Below are positions 37,757 to 45,476 of a stretch of DNA of 45,476 bases, in pieces. Position 1 is the first letter of the stretch. The number at the start of each line of letters is the position of its first letter. This DNA is from Candidatus Delongbacteria bacterium (GTDB lineage: Bacteria; UBA4055): positions 1 through 45,476 of the forward strand of contig JAQIDB010000073.1 of NCBI GenBank assembly GCA_027858225.1, read 5' to 3'. Made by a program: the position numbers and the translations under genes. The notes under the pieces were generated by a model. It saw nothing but the letters and a program-made list of their open reading frames with translations. It searched no databases and had not been told where the DNA came from.

Positions 37757-38947
37757 ATGGCTAAGGAAAAATTTGATAGGTCTAAACCGCACGTTAATAT
37801 CGGTACTATCGGTCACGTTGACCATGGTAAAACGACATTAACTGCTGCGATCACTTTAGTTCTCTCTAAAATTACCGGTGCAAAGGTAATGGCTTTTGAT
37901 GAAATTGATAAAGCCCCAGAAGAAAAAGAAAGAGGTATTACAATCGCAACTGCTCACGTTGAGTATGAAACGATGAACAGACATTATGCACACGTTGATT
38001 GTCCGGGACACGCTGACTATGTAAAGAACATGGTTACTGGTGCTGCTCAAATGGATGGTGCTATTGTAGTTGTTTCAGCTGCGGATGGCCCTATGCCTCA
38101 AACAAAAGAGCACATTCTACTTGCAAGACAGGTAAGCGTGCCTTACTTAGTTGTTTTCTTGAACAAAGTTGATCAAGTTGATGATGAAGAATTGTTGGAG
38201 TTGGTAGAAATGGAAGTTCAAGAAATTCTTGAGCAGTATGAGTTCCCCGCAGATGAAATTCCTTTCATCAGAGGTTCTGCTTTAAACGCTCTAGAGCATC
38301 CGGAAGATCCAGAAATGACTAAATGTATTATCGAACTTATGGAAGCTGTGGATACTTATATCCCAACTCCTGAGAGAGACAATGCAAAGCCTTTCTTGTT
38401 ACCTGTAGAAGATGTTTTCTCTATCACTGGTAGAGGAACTGTTGCAACTGGTAGAATCGAAAGAGGTGCTGTTCACATAGGCGATGAAGTTGAGATCGTT
38501 GGTTTAAGAGAAGAGAAGTTGAAATCAGTTTGTACTGGTGTTGAGATGTTCAGAAAACTTCTTGATGAAGGTCAAGCAGGTGATAATGTAGGTCTTCTTT
38601 TACGTGGTACTAAGAAAGAAGAAATTGAAAGAGGTATGGTAATTGTTAAGCCTGGTAGTGTAACTCCTCACGTTAAGTTCAAAGCTGAGGTTTATGTACT
38701 TACTGAAAAAGAAGGTGGAAGACACAAGCCGTTCTTTAACAACTACAGACCACAGTTCTTTGTTAGAACAACAGATGTTACTGGATCTATCACCCTTAAT
38801 GAAGGTACTGAAATGATTATGCCTGGTGATAATACAGAGATCAATGTAGAGCTTATCTATCCTGTTGCTATGGAACTTGGACTAAGATTTGCTATTAGAG
38901 AAGGTGGAAGAACAATCGGAGCTGGTGCAGTTTCTGAGATAGTATAA
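37757..38947 (+). CDS. tuf: Elongation factor Tu
   Basis: [34 protein letters not shown]. Confidence 0.99.
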   Translation: MAKEKFDRSKPHVNIGTIGHVDHGKTTLTAAITLVLSKITGAKVMAFDEIDKAPEEKERGITIATAHVEYETMNRHYAHVDCPGHADYVKNMVTGAAQMDGAIVVVSAADGPMPQTKEHILLARQVSVPYLVVFLNKVDQVDDEELLELVEMEVQEILEQYEFPADEIPFIRGSALNALEHPEDPEMTKCIIELMEAVDTYIPTPERDNAKPFLLPVEDVFSITGRGTVATGRIERGAVHIGDEVEIVGLREEKLKSVCTGVEMFRKLLDEGQAGDNVGLLLRGTKKEEIERGMVIVKPGSVTPHVKFKAEVYVLTEKEGGRHKPFFNNYRPQFFVRTTDVTGSITLNEGTEMIMPGDNTEINVELIYPVAMELGLRFAIREGGRTIGAGAVSEIV

Positions 38948-38980
38948 TAATTGCGAAGGCGTAAAAGTTAAGAGGTAAAA

Positions 38981-39289
38981 ATGGCTGCACAGAAAATAAA
39001 AATCAAATTGAAATCATACGATTATCATTTGATTGATATTTCAACCGAAAAAATCATTAAGAAGGCTAAAGAAACTGGTGCTGTAATTTCCGGGCCTATT
39101 CCTTTGCCAACTAAGAAAACTATATATACTGTACTCCGTTCTCCTCATGTAAACAAGAAATCGAGAGAACAGTTCGAGAAAAGAATATATAGAAGATTGG
39201 TTGAAATTCTTAACTCATCACAGGAAACTATGGAAGCATTGACAAAGCTCGAGCTTCCCGCTGGTGTAAACATTGAAGTAAAAGTGTAG
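38981..39289 (+). CDS. rpsJ: 30S ribosomal protein S10
   Basis: [21 protein letters not shown]. Confidence 0.99.
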   Translation: MAAQKIKIKLKSYDYHLIDISTEKIIKKAKETGAVISGPIPLPTKKTIYTVLRSPHVNKKSREQFEKRIYRRLVEILNSSQETMEALTKLELPAGVNIEVKV

Positions 39290-39300
39290 GGTAGAATTGT

Positions 39301-39927
39301 ATGAACGTGATAATGGGTAAAAAACTAGGAATGGCCAGCTTTTTCGGTCCTACCGGCAGGGAATTTCCTGTAACAATAGTTGAAACAGGTCCTTGTGTTG
39401 TAGTTCAAGTTAAGACACTTGAAAGGGATAGGTACGAAGCTGTTCAGTTAGGTTTTGTAGAAAAGAAAGCAAAAGGAGTAAGCAATCCTCAGGTAGGACA
39501 TTTTCAAAAGGCTGGAGTAACTCCAAAAAGGTTCTTGAAAGAATTCAGGTTCGAAGGTGCTAGTGAGCTTGAAGTTGGATCAGAAGTAAATATTTCCATT
39601 TTTAATGAAGGTGACTCACTTGCAGTGACCGGAGTTTCTAAAGGCAAGGGATTTCAGGGTGTTATTAAGAGATGGGGTATGAAAAGACAAGGTAGATCTC
39701 ATGGTACACATGAATCAAAAAGGGGTACTGGATCTATTGGTCAATGTGCTTGGCCTTCAAGAGTATGGAAAGGAAAGCATATGGCTGGAAGAATGGGTAA
39801 TGATCAAGTTACCGTAAGTAATTTAGAAGTATTAAAAATTATTCCAGACAAGAATATTATTTTCGTAAAAGGTTCTGTACCTGGTGGTAAGAATGGATTA
39901 CTTAAAATCAGAAAGCAGGAGGTATAA
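39301..39927 (+). CDS. rplC: 50S ribosomal protein L3
   Basis: GKKLGM, SKGKGFQGVIKR, MAGRMG, VKGSVPG. Confidence 0.98.
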   Translation: MNVIMGKKLGMASFFGPTGREFPVTIVETGPCVVVQVKTLERDRYEAVQLGFVEKKAKGVSNPQVGHFQKAGVTPKRFLKEFRFEGASELEVGSEVNISIFNEGDSLAVTGVSKGKGFQGVIKRWGMKRQGRSHGTHESKRGTGSIGQCAWPSRVWKGKHMAGRMGNDQVTVSNLEVLKIIPDKNIIFVKGSVPGGKNGLLKIRKQEV

Positions 39928-40589
39928 TGAAAAAAGTTGCTGTGTTTGATATTGAGGGAAAAAAGACCTCCGAAGAAGTTGAACTGAATGATAAAGTATT
40001 CGGAATTGAACCAAACCGAAGTATAGTTCATCAGGCTGCAAAAGTGTATTTGGCTAACCAAAGACAAGGAACTGCTAAAACAAAAGGAAGATCCGAAGTT
40101 GCGGGAAGTCAGGCTAAAGCTATCAATCAAAAAGGTAGCGGTGGTGCAAGACGTGGAAGTAAGAGATCGCCTCTTTTAGTAGGTGGTGGAAAAACTTTTG
40201 GTCCTTCACCAAGAGATTACACTATGAAAATGAACAAGAAGCAAAAATTATTGGCGAAAAAATCAGCATTTTCTGATAAAGCAATTGGTGATGGTGTATT
40301 CGTTTTTGATAATTTTAAGTTTGATATGCCTAAAACAACAAAATTCCTTAATGTCTTAAAGGGCATGGAAGTGTTAGGTAAAAAAGTATTAGTATTAGTT
40401 GACTCGTATAGTTATATTGACGACGATTCAAAGTATGATAATACGGTTAATGTCTTAAAGTCAGCCCGTAACATCAAGAATGTTAGATGTCAAGTTGCTG
40501 ATACGGTTACGACTTACGAGATACTTAATGCTGATTACTTAGCGATCCAAAAGGACGCTTTAATAACAATCGATAGGGTGAACGCGTAA
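39927..40589 (+). CDS. rplD: 50S ribosomal protein L4
   Basis: RQGTAKTKGRSEV, QKGSGGARRGS, GGGKTFGP. Confidence 0.98.
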   Translation: MKKVAVFDIEGKKTSEEVELNDKVFGIEPNRSIVHQAAKVYLANQRQGTAKTKGRSEVAGSQAKAINQKGSGGARRGSKRSPLLVGGGKTFGPSPRDYTMKMNKKQKLLAKKSAFSDKAIGDGVFVFDNFKFDMPKTTKFLNVLKGMEVLGKKVLVLVDSYSYIDDDSKYDNTVNVLKSARNIKNVRCQVADTVTTYEILNADYLAIQKDALITIDRVNA

Positions 40590-40871
40590 ATGAAGCTGAT
40601 ATTAAAAAAGCCGGTAGTTACTGAAAAAAGTAGTATGTTACAAGAAGCTAACAATCAATATACTTTTTTAGTTGAAAAAAATTCTAACAAGATTGAGATT
40701 AAAAAAGCTGTTGAAGTGAAATTCGGTGTTAGTGTTAAAAGAGTTAATACTGTGAATTACATTGGAAAAGCTGCAAGAGTTGGTAAATTTTTCGGCAAGA
40801 AAAGTGATTTTAAGAAAGCTGTTGTTACATTGAATAAAAGTGAAACGCTAGACGTTTATGGTCAAGCGTAA
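40590..40871 (+). CDS. rplW: 50S ribosomal protein L23
   Basis: PVVTEK, NKIEIKKAVE, KKAVVTL. Confidence 0.97.
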   Translation: MKLILKKPVVTEKSSMLQEANNQYTFLVEKNSNKIEIKKAVEVKFGVSVKRVNTVNYIGKAARVGKFFGKKSDFKKAVVTLNKSETLDVYGQA

Positions 40872-40907
40872 ATTGTTAGTTGAAAAGTAGTAGAATTTGG
40901 AGTTAAG

Positions 40908-41735
40908 ATGCCAGTAAAAAAATTCAAACCATATACCCCGAGTAGAAGATACATGGTTATATCGGATTTTAGTGAAATCACTAAGAAAAAACCCGAAAGA
41001 TCATTGATCAAAAAGGAGACCAAGTCCGGCGGTCGTAATAACTTGGGAAGGATCACTACCAGACATATTGGTGGTGGACATAAGCAGCATTATAGAATTA
41101 TTGATTTTAAAAGAAATAAGCTTAACATCGTTGCAAGAGTTTCAGCAATTGAGTATGATCCTAATAGATCAGCTAGAATTGCTTTGTTGAACTATGTAGA
41201 TGGTGAAAAAAGATATATTCTTGCTCCTGTAGGTATGCAAGTTGGAGATAGAATTGAGACAGGTGAGAAAGTTGAAATTAAGACTGGGAATGCTCTGCCT
41301 TTAAAATCAATACCAGTTGGTCAAATGATACACAACCTTGAACTTAAAATTGGAAAGGGAGCTCAAGTAATCAGATCAGCAGGAACCTATGCAGTTCTAA
41401 TGGCAAAAGACGGTAATTATTGTCATGTAAAAATGCCATCTGGAGAAGTAAGATTGATTCACCAGAATTGCTATGCAACATTAGGGCAAGTAGGAAACAT
41501 CGATCACTTCAAGCAAGTTAGTGGTAAAGCCGGAAGAAGTAGATGGAAAGGTGTAAGACCTACAGTAAGGGGTGCAGCAATGAACCCGGTTGACCATCCG
41601 CATGGTGGTGGTGAAGGTAAAACTTCTGGTGGAAGACAACCAGTATCTCCTTGGGGAGTTTACGCAAAAGGTTATAAGACCAGAAAAATCAGAAAAGTAT
41701 CTGATAAGCACATAATTAAGAGAAGAAAAAAATAA
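40908..41735 (+). CDS. rplB: 50S ribosomal protein L2
   Basis: [34 protein letters not shown]. Confidence 0.99.
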   Translation: MPVKKFKPYTPSRRYMVISDFSEITKKKPERSLIKKETKSGGRNNLGRITTRHIGGGHKQHYRIIDFKRNKLNIVARVSAIEYDPNRSARIALLNYVDGEKRYILAPVGMQVGDRIETGEKVEIKTGNALPLKSIPVGQMIHNLELKIGKGAQVIRSAGTYAVLMAKDGNYCHVKMPSGEVRLIHQNCYATLGQVGNIDHFKQVSGKAGRSRWKGVRPTVRGAAMNPVDHPHGGGEGKTSGGRQPVSPWGVYAKGYKTRKIRKVSDKHIIKRRKK

Positions 41736-41753
41736 ATGCGGGAGTTTATCTAA

Positions 41754-42041
41754 ATGCCAAGATCCGTAAAAAAAGGACCATTCGTTGACGATCATTTGAT
41801 CAGTAAGATCATGAAAATGAATCAAACCAAGCAAAGAGCAGTTTTGAAAACTTGGTCAAGAAGATCAACAATAGTTCCAGAGTTTATCGGCCATACTATC
41901 GCTGTACATAACGGAAAGCAATTTATTCCTGTGTATATTACGGAAAATCATGTTGGTCATAAATTAGGTGAATTTTCTTTAACAAGAACGTTCAGAGGTC
42001 ATCCTGAGAAGAAATCAGAAAAAGCCTCAAAGAAAAAATAA
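41754..42041 (+). CDS. rpsS: 30S ribosomal protein S19
   Basis: [23 protein letters not shown]. Confidence 0.99.
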   Translation: MPRSVKKGPFVDDHLISKIMKMNQTKQRAVLKTWSRRSTIVPEFIGHTIAVHNGKQFIPVYITENHVGHKLGEFSLTRTFRGHPEKKSEKASKKK

Positions 42042-42050
42042 GAGGATGTA

Positions 42051-42395
42051 ATGGAAGCATATGCAAGAGCAAAATGGGTAGGATATCCTGTTAACAAGGT
42101 TAGGTTAGTTTTGGAATTGATTAAGCAGAAAGATGTTGAATCTGCGATCACTATTTTGAAATTTACCCCTAACTTCGCAGCAATGCCAATCGCAAAAACT
42201 TTAAAGTCTGCAGTGGCAAATCTTATTGATACAAATAGGGATGTGGCTTTAGATACAAGTAATGTATTTATTGCTGAAATGTATGCTGATGAAGGTCCTA
42301 CAATGAAAAGATTCAAGCCTCGCGCTCAAGGTAGGGCGACTAAAATCAGAAAAAGAACAAGTCACATTTTTATTAAAGTGTCGACAAAAGAATAG
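42051..42395 (+). CDS. rplV: 50S ribosomal protein L22
   Basis: LKSAVAN, GPTMKRFKPRAQGRA, KRTSHI. Confidence 0.98.
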   Translation: MEAYARAKWVGYPVNKVRLVLELIKQKDVESAITILKFTPNFAAMPIAKTLKSAVANLIDTNRDVALDTSNVFIAEMYADEGPTMKRFKPRAQGRATKIRKRTSHIFIKVSTKE

Positions 42396-42404
42396 GGGGA
42401 CTTT

Positions 42405-43049
42405 TTGGGTCAAAAATGTAATCCGATATCGCTTCGCCTAGGTATAAACCGAACGTGGAATTCAATTTGGTTCGATCAAAAGAACTTTGCGGAGAATCTT
42501 TTAGAAGATCTCAGCATTAAAAAGTATTTAAGAACTAGATTAAGTGACGCATCGGTATCTAAGGTAACGATTGAAAGAAAGCCTAAAGAGATTAAACTCA
42601 ATATCCATACTGCAAAGCCAGGTATCGTTATTGGAAGAAAAGGAAGTGAAATTGAAAAACTTAAAGAAGAGCTTAAGACGGTTTTCAAGAAGAAAATCAA
42701 TTTAAACATCTTTGAGATCAAAAGACCGGAGACGGATGCTTACCTTATCGGAGAATCAATAGCAAAGCAGCTTGAAAGAAGAGTTAATTTCCGAAGAGCA
42801 ATGAAAAAAGCTATGGACATGGCTATGAAATCTAATGTTCAAGGTATCAAAGTACAATGTAGTGGAAGACTTGGTGGAGCTGATATGGCAAGAACTGAGA
42901 GTTACCACAAGGGAAGAGTACCACTTCATACGTTAAGATCAGACATTGATTATGCCTTAGTAGAAGCTCATACTACCTATGGAAGAGTAGGTGTTAAGAT
43001 ATGGGTTTATAACGGTGAAAAATTTGGATACTTGAAAAATAATTCTTAG
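42405..43049 (+). CDS. rpsC: 30S ribosomal protein S3 (TTG start)
   Basis: MGQK.NP..LRLGI, KPGIVIGRKG, GRVPLHTLR; GGGGGA SD before the TTG. Confidence 0.98.
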   Translation: MGQKCNPISLRLGINRTWNSIWFDQKNFAENLLEDLSIKKYLRTRLSDASVSKVTIERKPKEIKLNIHTAKPGIVIGRKGSEIEKLKEELKTVFKKKINLNIFEIKRPETDAYLIGESIAKQLERRVNFRRAMKKAMDMAMKSNVQGIKVQCSGRLGGADMARTESYHKGRVPLHTLRSDIDYALVEAHTTYGRVGVKIWVYNGEKFGYLKNNS

Positions 43050-43064
43050 CGGAGAAAAAGTAGT

Positions 43065-43484
43065 ATGTTAATGCCAAGAAAAGTTAAGCACAGAAAAGTA
43101 CAAAAAAACCTTGGAAGGGGTTTGGCATATAGAGGAAGCACAATTGTTTTTGGAGATTATGGTCTCAAAGCGCTAGAGCAATTTTGGATGACTTCCAGAC
43201 AAATAGAGGCTGCTCGTGTTGCCATCAATAGAACCATGAAAAGAGGTGGCAAGATGTGGATAAGAGTTTTTCCGGATAAACCTATTACCAGCAAACCAGC
43301 TGAAACTAGAATGGGTAAGGGAAAAGGAGCTCCAGATCATTGGGTAGCAGTTGTTAAGCCAGGTAAAATCCTTTTTGAAGTGCAGGGTGTAGAAGAAGAA
43401 TTGGCAAAGAAAGCTTTGACTTTGGCTTCACATAAGTTGCCAGTTAAAACTAAATTTTGTTCAAGAAAAGAATTTGGGGAGTAA
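43065..43484 (+). CDS. rplP: 50S ribosomal protein L16
   Basis: [22 protein letters not shown]. Confidence 0.99.
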   Translation: MLMPRKVKHRKVQKNLGRGLAYRGSTIVFGDYGLKALEQFWMTSRQIEAARVAINRTMKRGGKMWIRVFPDKPITSKPAETRMGKGKGAPDHWVAVVKPGKILFEVQGVEEELAKKALTLASHKLPVKTKFCSRKEFGE

Positions 43485-43488
43485 TTAA

Positions 43489-43701
43489 ATGAAAGTAGCT
43501 GAGATCAAAGAATTGAATAAGGAAGAACTCCTAAAAAAAATTCAAACTGCACTGCAAGATCTAGATGAATTAAAATTCAAGCATTCTCTGAATCAACTTG
43601 AAAATCCATTGATGATCAGAAATCTTAGAAAAGAAATAGCAAGAATGAATACTATTTTAACTGAGAAACCTATTTCGGATCAGGATAAAGCTGAGAGGTA
43701 G
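43489..43701 (+). CDS. rpmC: 50S ribosomal protein L29
   Basis: QLENP..IR..RKEIARMNTIL; position in the S10 operon. Confidence 0.96.
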   Translation: MKVAEIKELNKEELLKKIQTALQDLDELKFKHSLNQLENPLMIRNLRKEIARMNTILTEKPISDQDKAER

Positions 43702-43733
43702 AACTTGAATTTAAAATTTGTTGGAGCAAATAA

Positions 43734-43994
43734 ATGATAGAAAGAGAAAATTTAAAGAAAGAAAGAACCGGTATTGTTGTAAGTGACAAGATGGATAAGA
43801 CGATCGGAGTTCTTGTAACAAGAAAGGTTAAGCACCCGACTTATAAGAAATTCTACAACAGATGCAAAAAGTATCTTGCCCATGATCCTGAAAACACATG
43901 TACTGAAGGTGATAAGGTTAAAATAGGAGAATCAAGAAAACTCAGTAAGAGAAAAACTTGGTATCTTGTTGAAGTTATAGAGCGAAAAAAATAA
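43734..43994 (+). CDS. rpsQ: 30S ribosomal protein S17
   Basis: GIVVSDKMDKT, HPTYKK, AHDPEN, SRKLSKRK. Confidence 0.98.
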   Translation: MIERENLKKERTGIVVSDKMDKTIGVLVTRKVKHPTYKKFYNRCKKYLAHDPENTCTEGDKVKIGESRKLSKRKTWYLVEVIERKK

Positions 43995-44009
43995 CACTTA
44001 GGGTTTAAC

Positions 44010-44378
44010 ATGATTCAAGAAGAAAGTAGAGTAAATGTTGCAGACAACACAGGAGCTAAATCAATCTTAGCTTTTAGAGTATTGGGTGGTACCAAAAAAA
44101 GGTACGCGAGTATTGGAGATGTTATCGTAGCATCAATCAAGAGCGCGATGCCGGGTGGTACTGTGAAAAAAGGAGAAGTTGTTCGTGCTGTTATAGTTAG
44201 AACAAAAAAAGAAATAAAAAGAGCTGACGGTTCATACATAAGATTCGATGAGAATTCTGCTGTTTTATTAGATGAAAAAAATGAGCCGAGAGGAACGAGA
44301 ATATTTGGCCCTGTAGCTAGAGAATTAAGAGAAAGAGGCTACATGAAAATTATTTCACTAGCTCCGGAAGTATTGTAA
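44010..44378 (+). CDS. rplN: 50S ribosomal protein L14
   Basis: [35 protein letters not shown]. Confidence 0.99.
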   Translation: MIQEESRVNVADNTGAKSILAFRVLGGTKKRYASIGDVIVASIKSAMPGGTVKKGEVVRAVIVRTKKEIKRADGSYIRFDENSAVLLDEKNEPRGTRIFGPVARELRERGYMKIISLAPEVL

Positions 44379-44396
44379 CAAAAAGGTTATAATTAA

Positions 44397-44705
44397 ATGA
44401 AGATTAAAAGAGACGACAAAGTAAAAATAATAGCCGGTAACCATAAAGGGAAGGAAGGAAAAGTATTAAAAGTACTTCTTTCTAAAAATCGAGTGATTGT
44501 TGAAGGTGTTAATCTTGTAAAAAAACACCAGAAGCCAAATCAAGCGAACCAGCAGGGTGGTATAATAGAAATGGAAGCGTCAATAAATGCTTCAAATGTT
44601 ATGTTAGTTTGTGAAAATTGTGGAAAGGCCGTAAGAAGTTCATCAAACAGAAACGAAGACGGAACTGTTACAAGAGTATGTACAATTTGTAACAAAACTG
44701 TTTAA
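44397..44705 (+). CDS. rplX: 50S ribosomal protein L24
   Basis: KOW motif [27 protein letters not shown]. Confidence 0.98.
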   Translation: MKIKRDDKVKIIAGNHKGKEGKVLKVLLSKNRVIVEGVNLVKKHQKPNQANQQGGIIEMEASINASNVMLVCENCGKAVRSSSNRNEDGTVTRVCTICNKTV

Positions 44706-44718
44706 TGTAGAGGAAATA

Positions 44719-45285
44719 ATGAATAATCAACCTAGACTAAAAACAACATATAAAGAAACAGCGTGTCCATATTTAATGGATAAGTTTAAGTATAAGAGTG
44801 TAATGCAGCTTCCTAAAATATCCAAAGTGAAATTGAACATGGGTATGGGAGAATCGATAAAAGATAGTAAACTTTTAGATGCTGCAGTGCAAGAACTTAC
44901 TTTAATATCAGGTCAAAAACCGACTATTAGTAAAGCTAAAAAATCTGTTTCTAATTTCAAGCTTAGAAAAGGGATGAATATTGGTACTCACACAACTCTA
45001 AGAAGTAAGATAATGTATGAATTCTTAGATAGATTAATTACAGTTTCTATTCCTCGTGTAAGAGATTTTCAAGGATTCCCTAGAGAATCATTTGATGGAA
45101 GAGGTAACTATAATTTTGGTGTGAAGGAACAAACTGTTTTCCCAGAAATTAAGTTTGACAATGTTATCAGAGTAAATGGACTTAACATTACTATTGTAAC
45201 TACAGCAAAAACAGATGAAGAAGCTTTTGAGCTATTAAAAGTTATGGGTTTCCCATTCAAGAAAACAAAAATTGAGGAAGAGTAA
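44719..45285 (+). CDS. rplE: 50S ribosomal protein L5
   Basis: [28 protein letters not shown]. Confidence 0.99.
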   Translation: MNNQPRLKTTYKETACPYLMDKFKYKSVMQLPKISKVKLNMGMGESIKDSKLLDAAVQELTLISGQKPTISKAKKSVSNFKLRKGMNIGTHTTLRSKIMYEFLDRLITVSIPRVRDFQGFPRESFDGRGNYNFGVKEQTVFPEIKFDNVIRVNGLNITIVTTAKTDEEAFELLKVMGFPFKKTKIEEE

Positions 45286-45470
45286 TGGCTAAGAAATCAA
45301 TGATTGCAAAAGCTAATAAAAAACAAAAATTCAAAGTTCGCCAATACAATAGGTGTCAGAGATGCGGAAGACCTAGAGGGTATATGCGTGAGTTTGGTGT
45401 TTGTAGAATTTGTTTTAGAGAGCTGGCAAGTTACGGTGAAATAACTGGTGTAAGAAAAGCTAGCTGGTAA
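45285..45470 (+). CDS. rpsN: 30S ribosomal protein S14, Zn-binding (type Z)
   Basis: 61 aa, CQRC and CRIC motifs, GVRKASW. Confidence 0.98.
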   Translation: MAKKSMIAKANKKQKFKVRQYNRCQRCGRPRGYMREFGVCRICFRELASYGEITGVRKASW

Positions 45471-45476
45471 GATAAA

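Noticed and set aside
34764-45470. Antisense short ORFs over ribosomal and other housekeeping genes
   Set aside because: Shadow frames of highly conserved genes.
1-45476. CRISPR arrays, tRNA/rRNA genes, transposases, prophage and defence genes
   Set aside because: No regularly spaced repeats, no cloverleaf-like sequence in the short intergenic regions, and no matching protein motifs seen by eye.

Overview
This is an AT-rich bacterial chromosomal window that uses the standard code, GGAG-type Shine-Dalgarno sites and sigma70-like promoters. T9SS-like C-terminal domains, a PorV-family gene and the TonB-dependent receptor type point to a non-Bacteroidota FCB-group lineage such as Ca. Delongbacteria; this is inference only. 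The left end holds minus-strand rmuC, a 2H phosphoesterase, tsaD and nadA (truncated). The middle (3.9-29.9 kb) is dominated by an uncharacterised five-gene cell-surface operon at 10865-23497. It encodes a TonB-dependent receptor with a ~450-aa Ca-binding-like repeat insert, a 1086-aa secreted protein, a lipoprotein, a 735-aa T9SS-CTD protein and a PorV-family barrel. Two stand-alone paralogs of its secreted subunits lie at 3873-7085 and 27767-29869. Also present are a NatB-CPBP fusion, an SH3-like protein, a transglutaminase-like protein, ftsB-argF, ychF, PAP2, a lone receiver protein and SpoIID/LytB. The right end (34.8-45.5 kb) is the contiguous str-S10-spc ribosomal protein cluster from rpsL to rpsN. 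No tRNA, rRNA, CRISPR array or transposase was seen. The best candidate for a novel system is the SusD-less TBDR/T9SS-cargo/PorV operon with its spare paralogs. Other signals are a recurrent TATATT -10 box, dense D-S/T-hydrophobic O-glycosylation motifs, an attenuator-like leader and tandem intra-operon hairpins.
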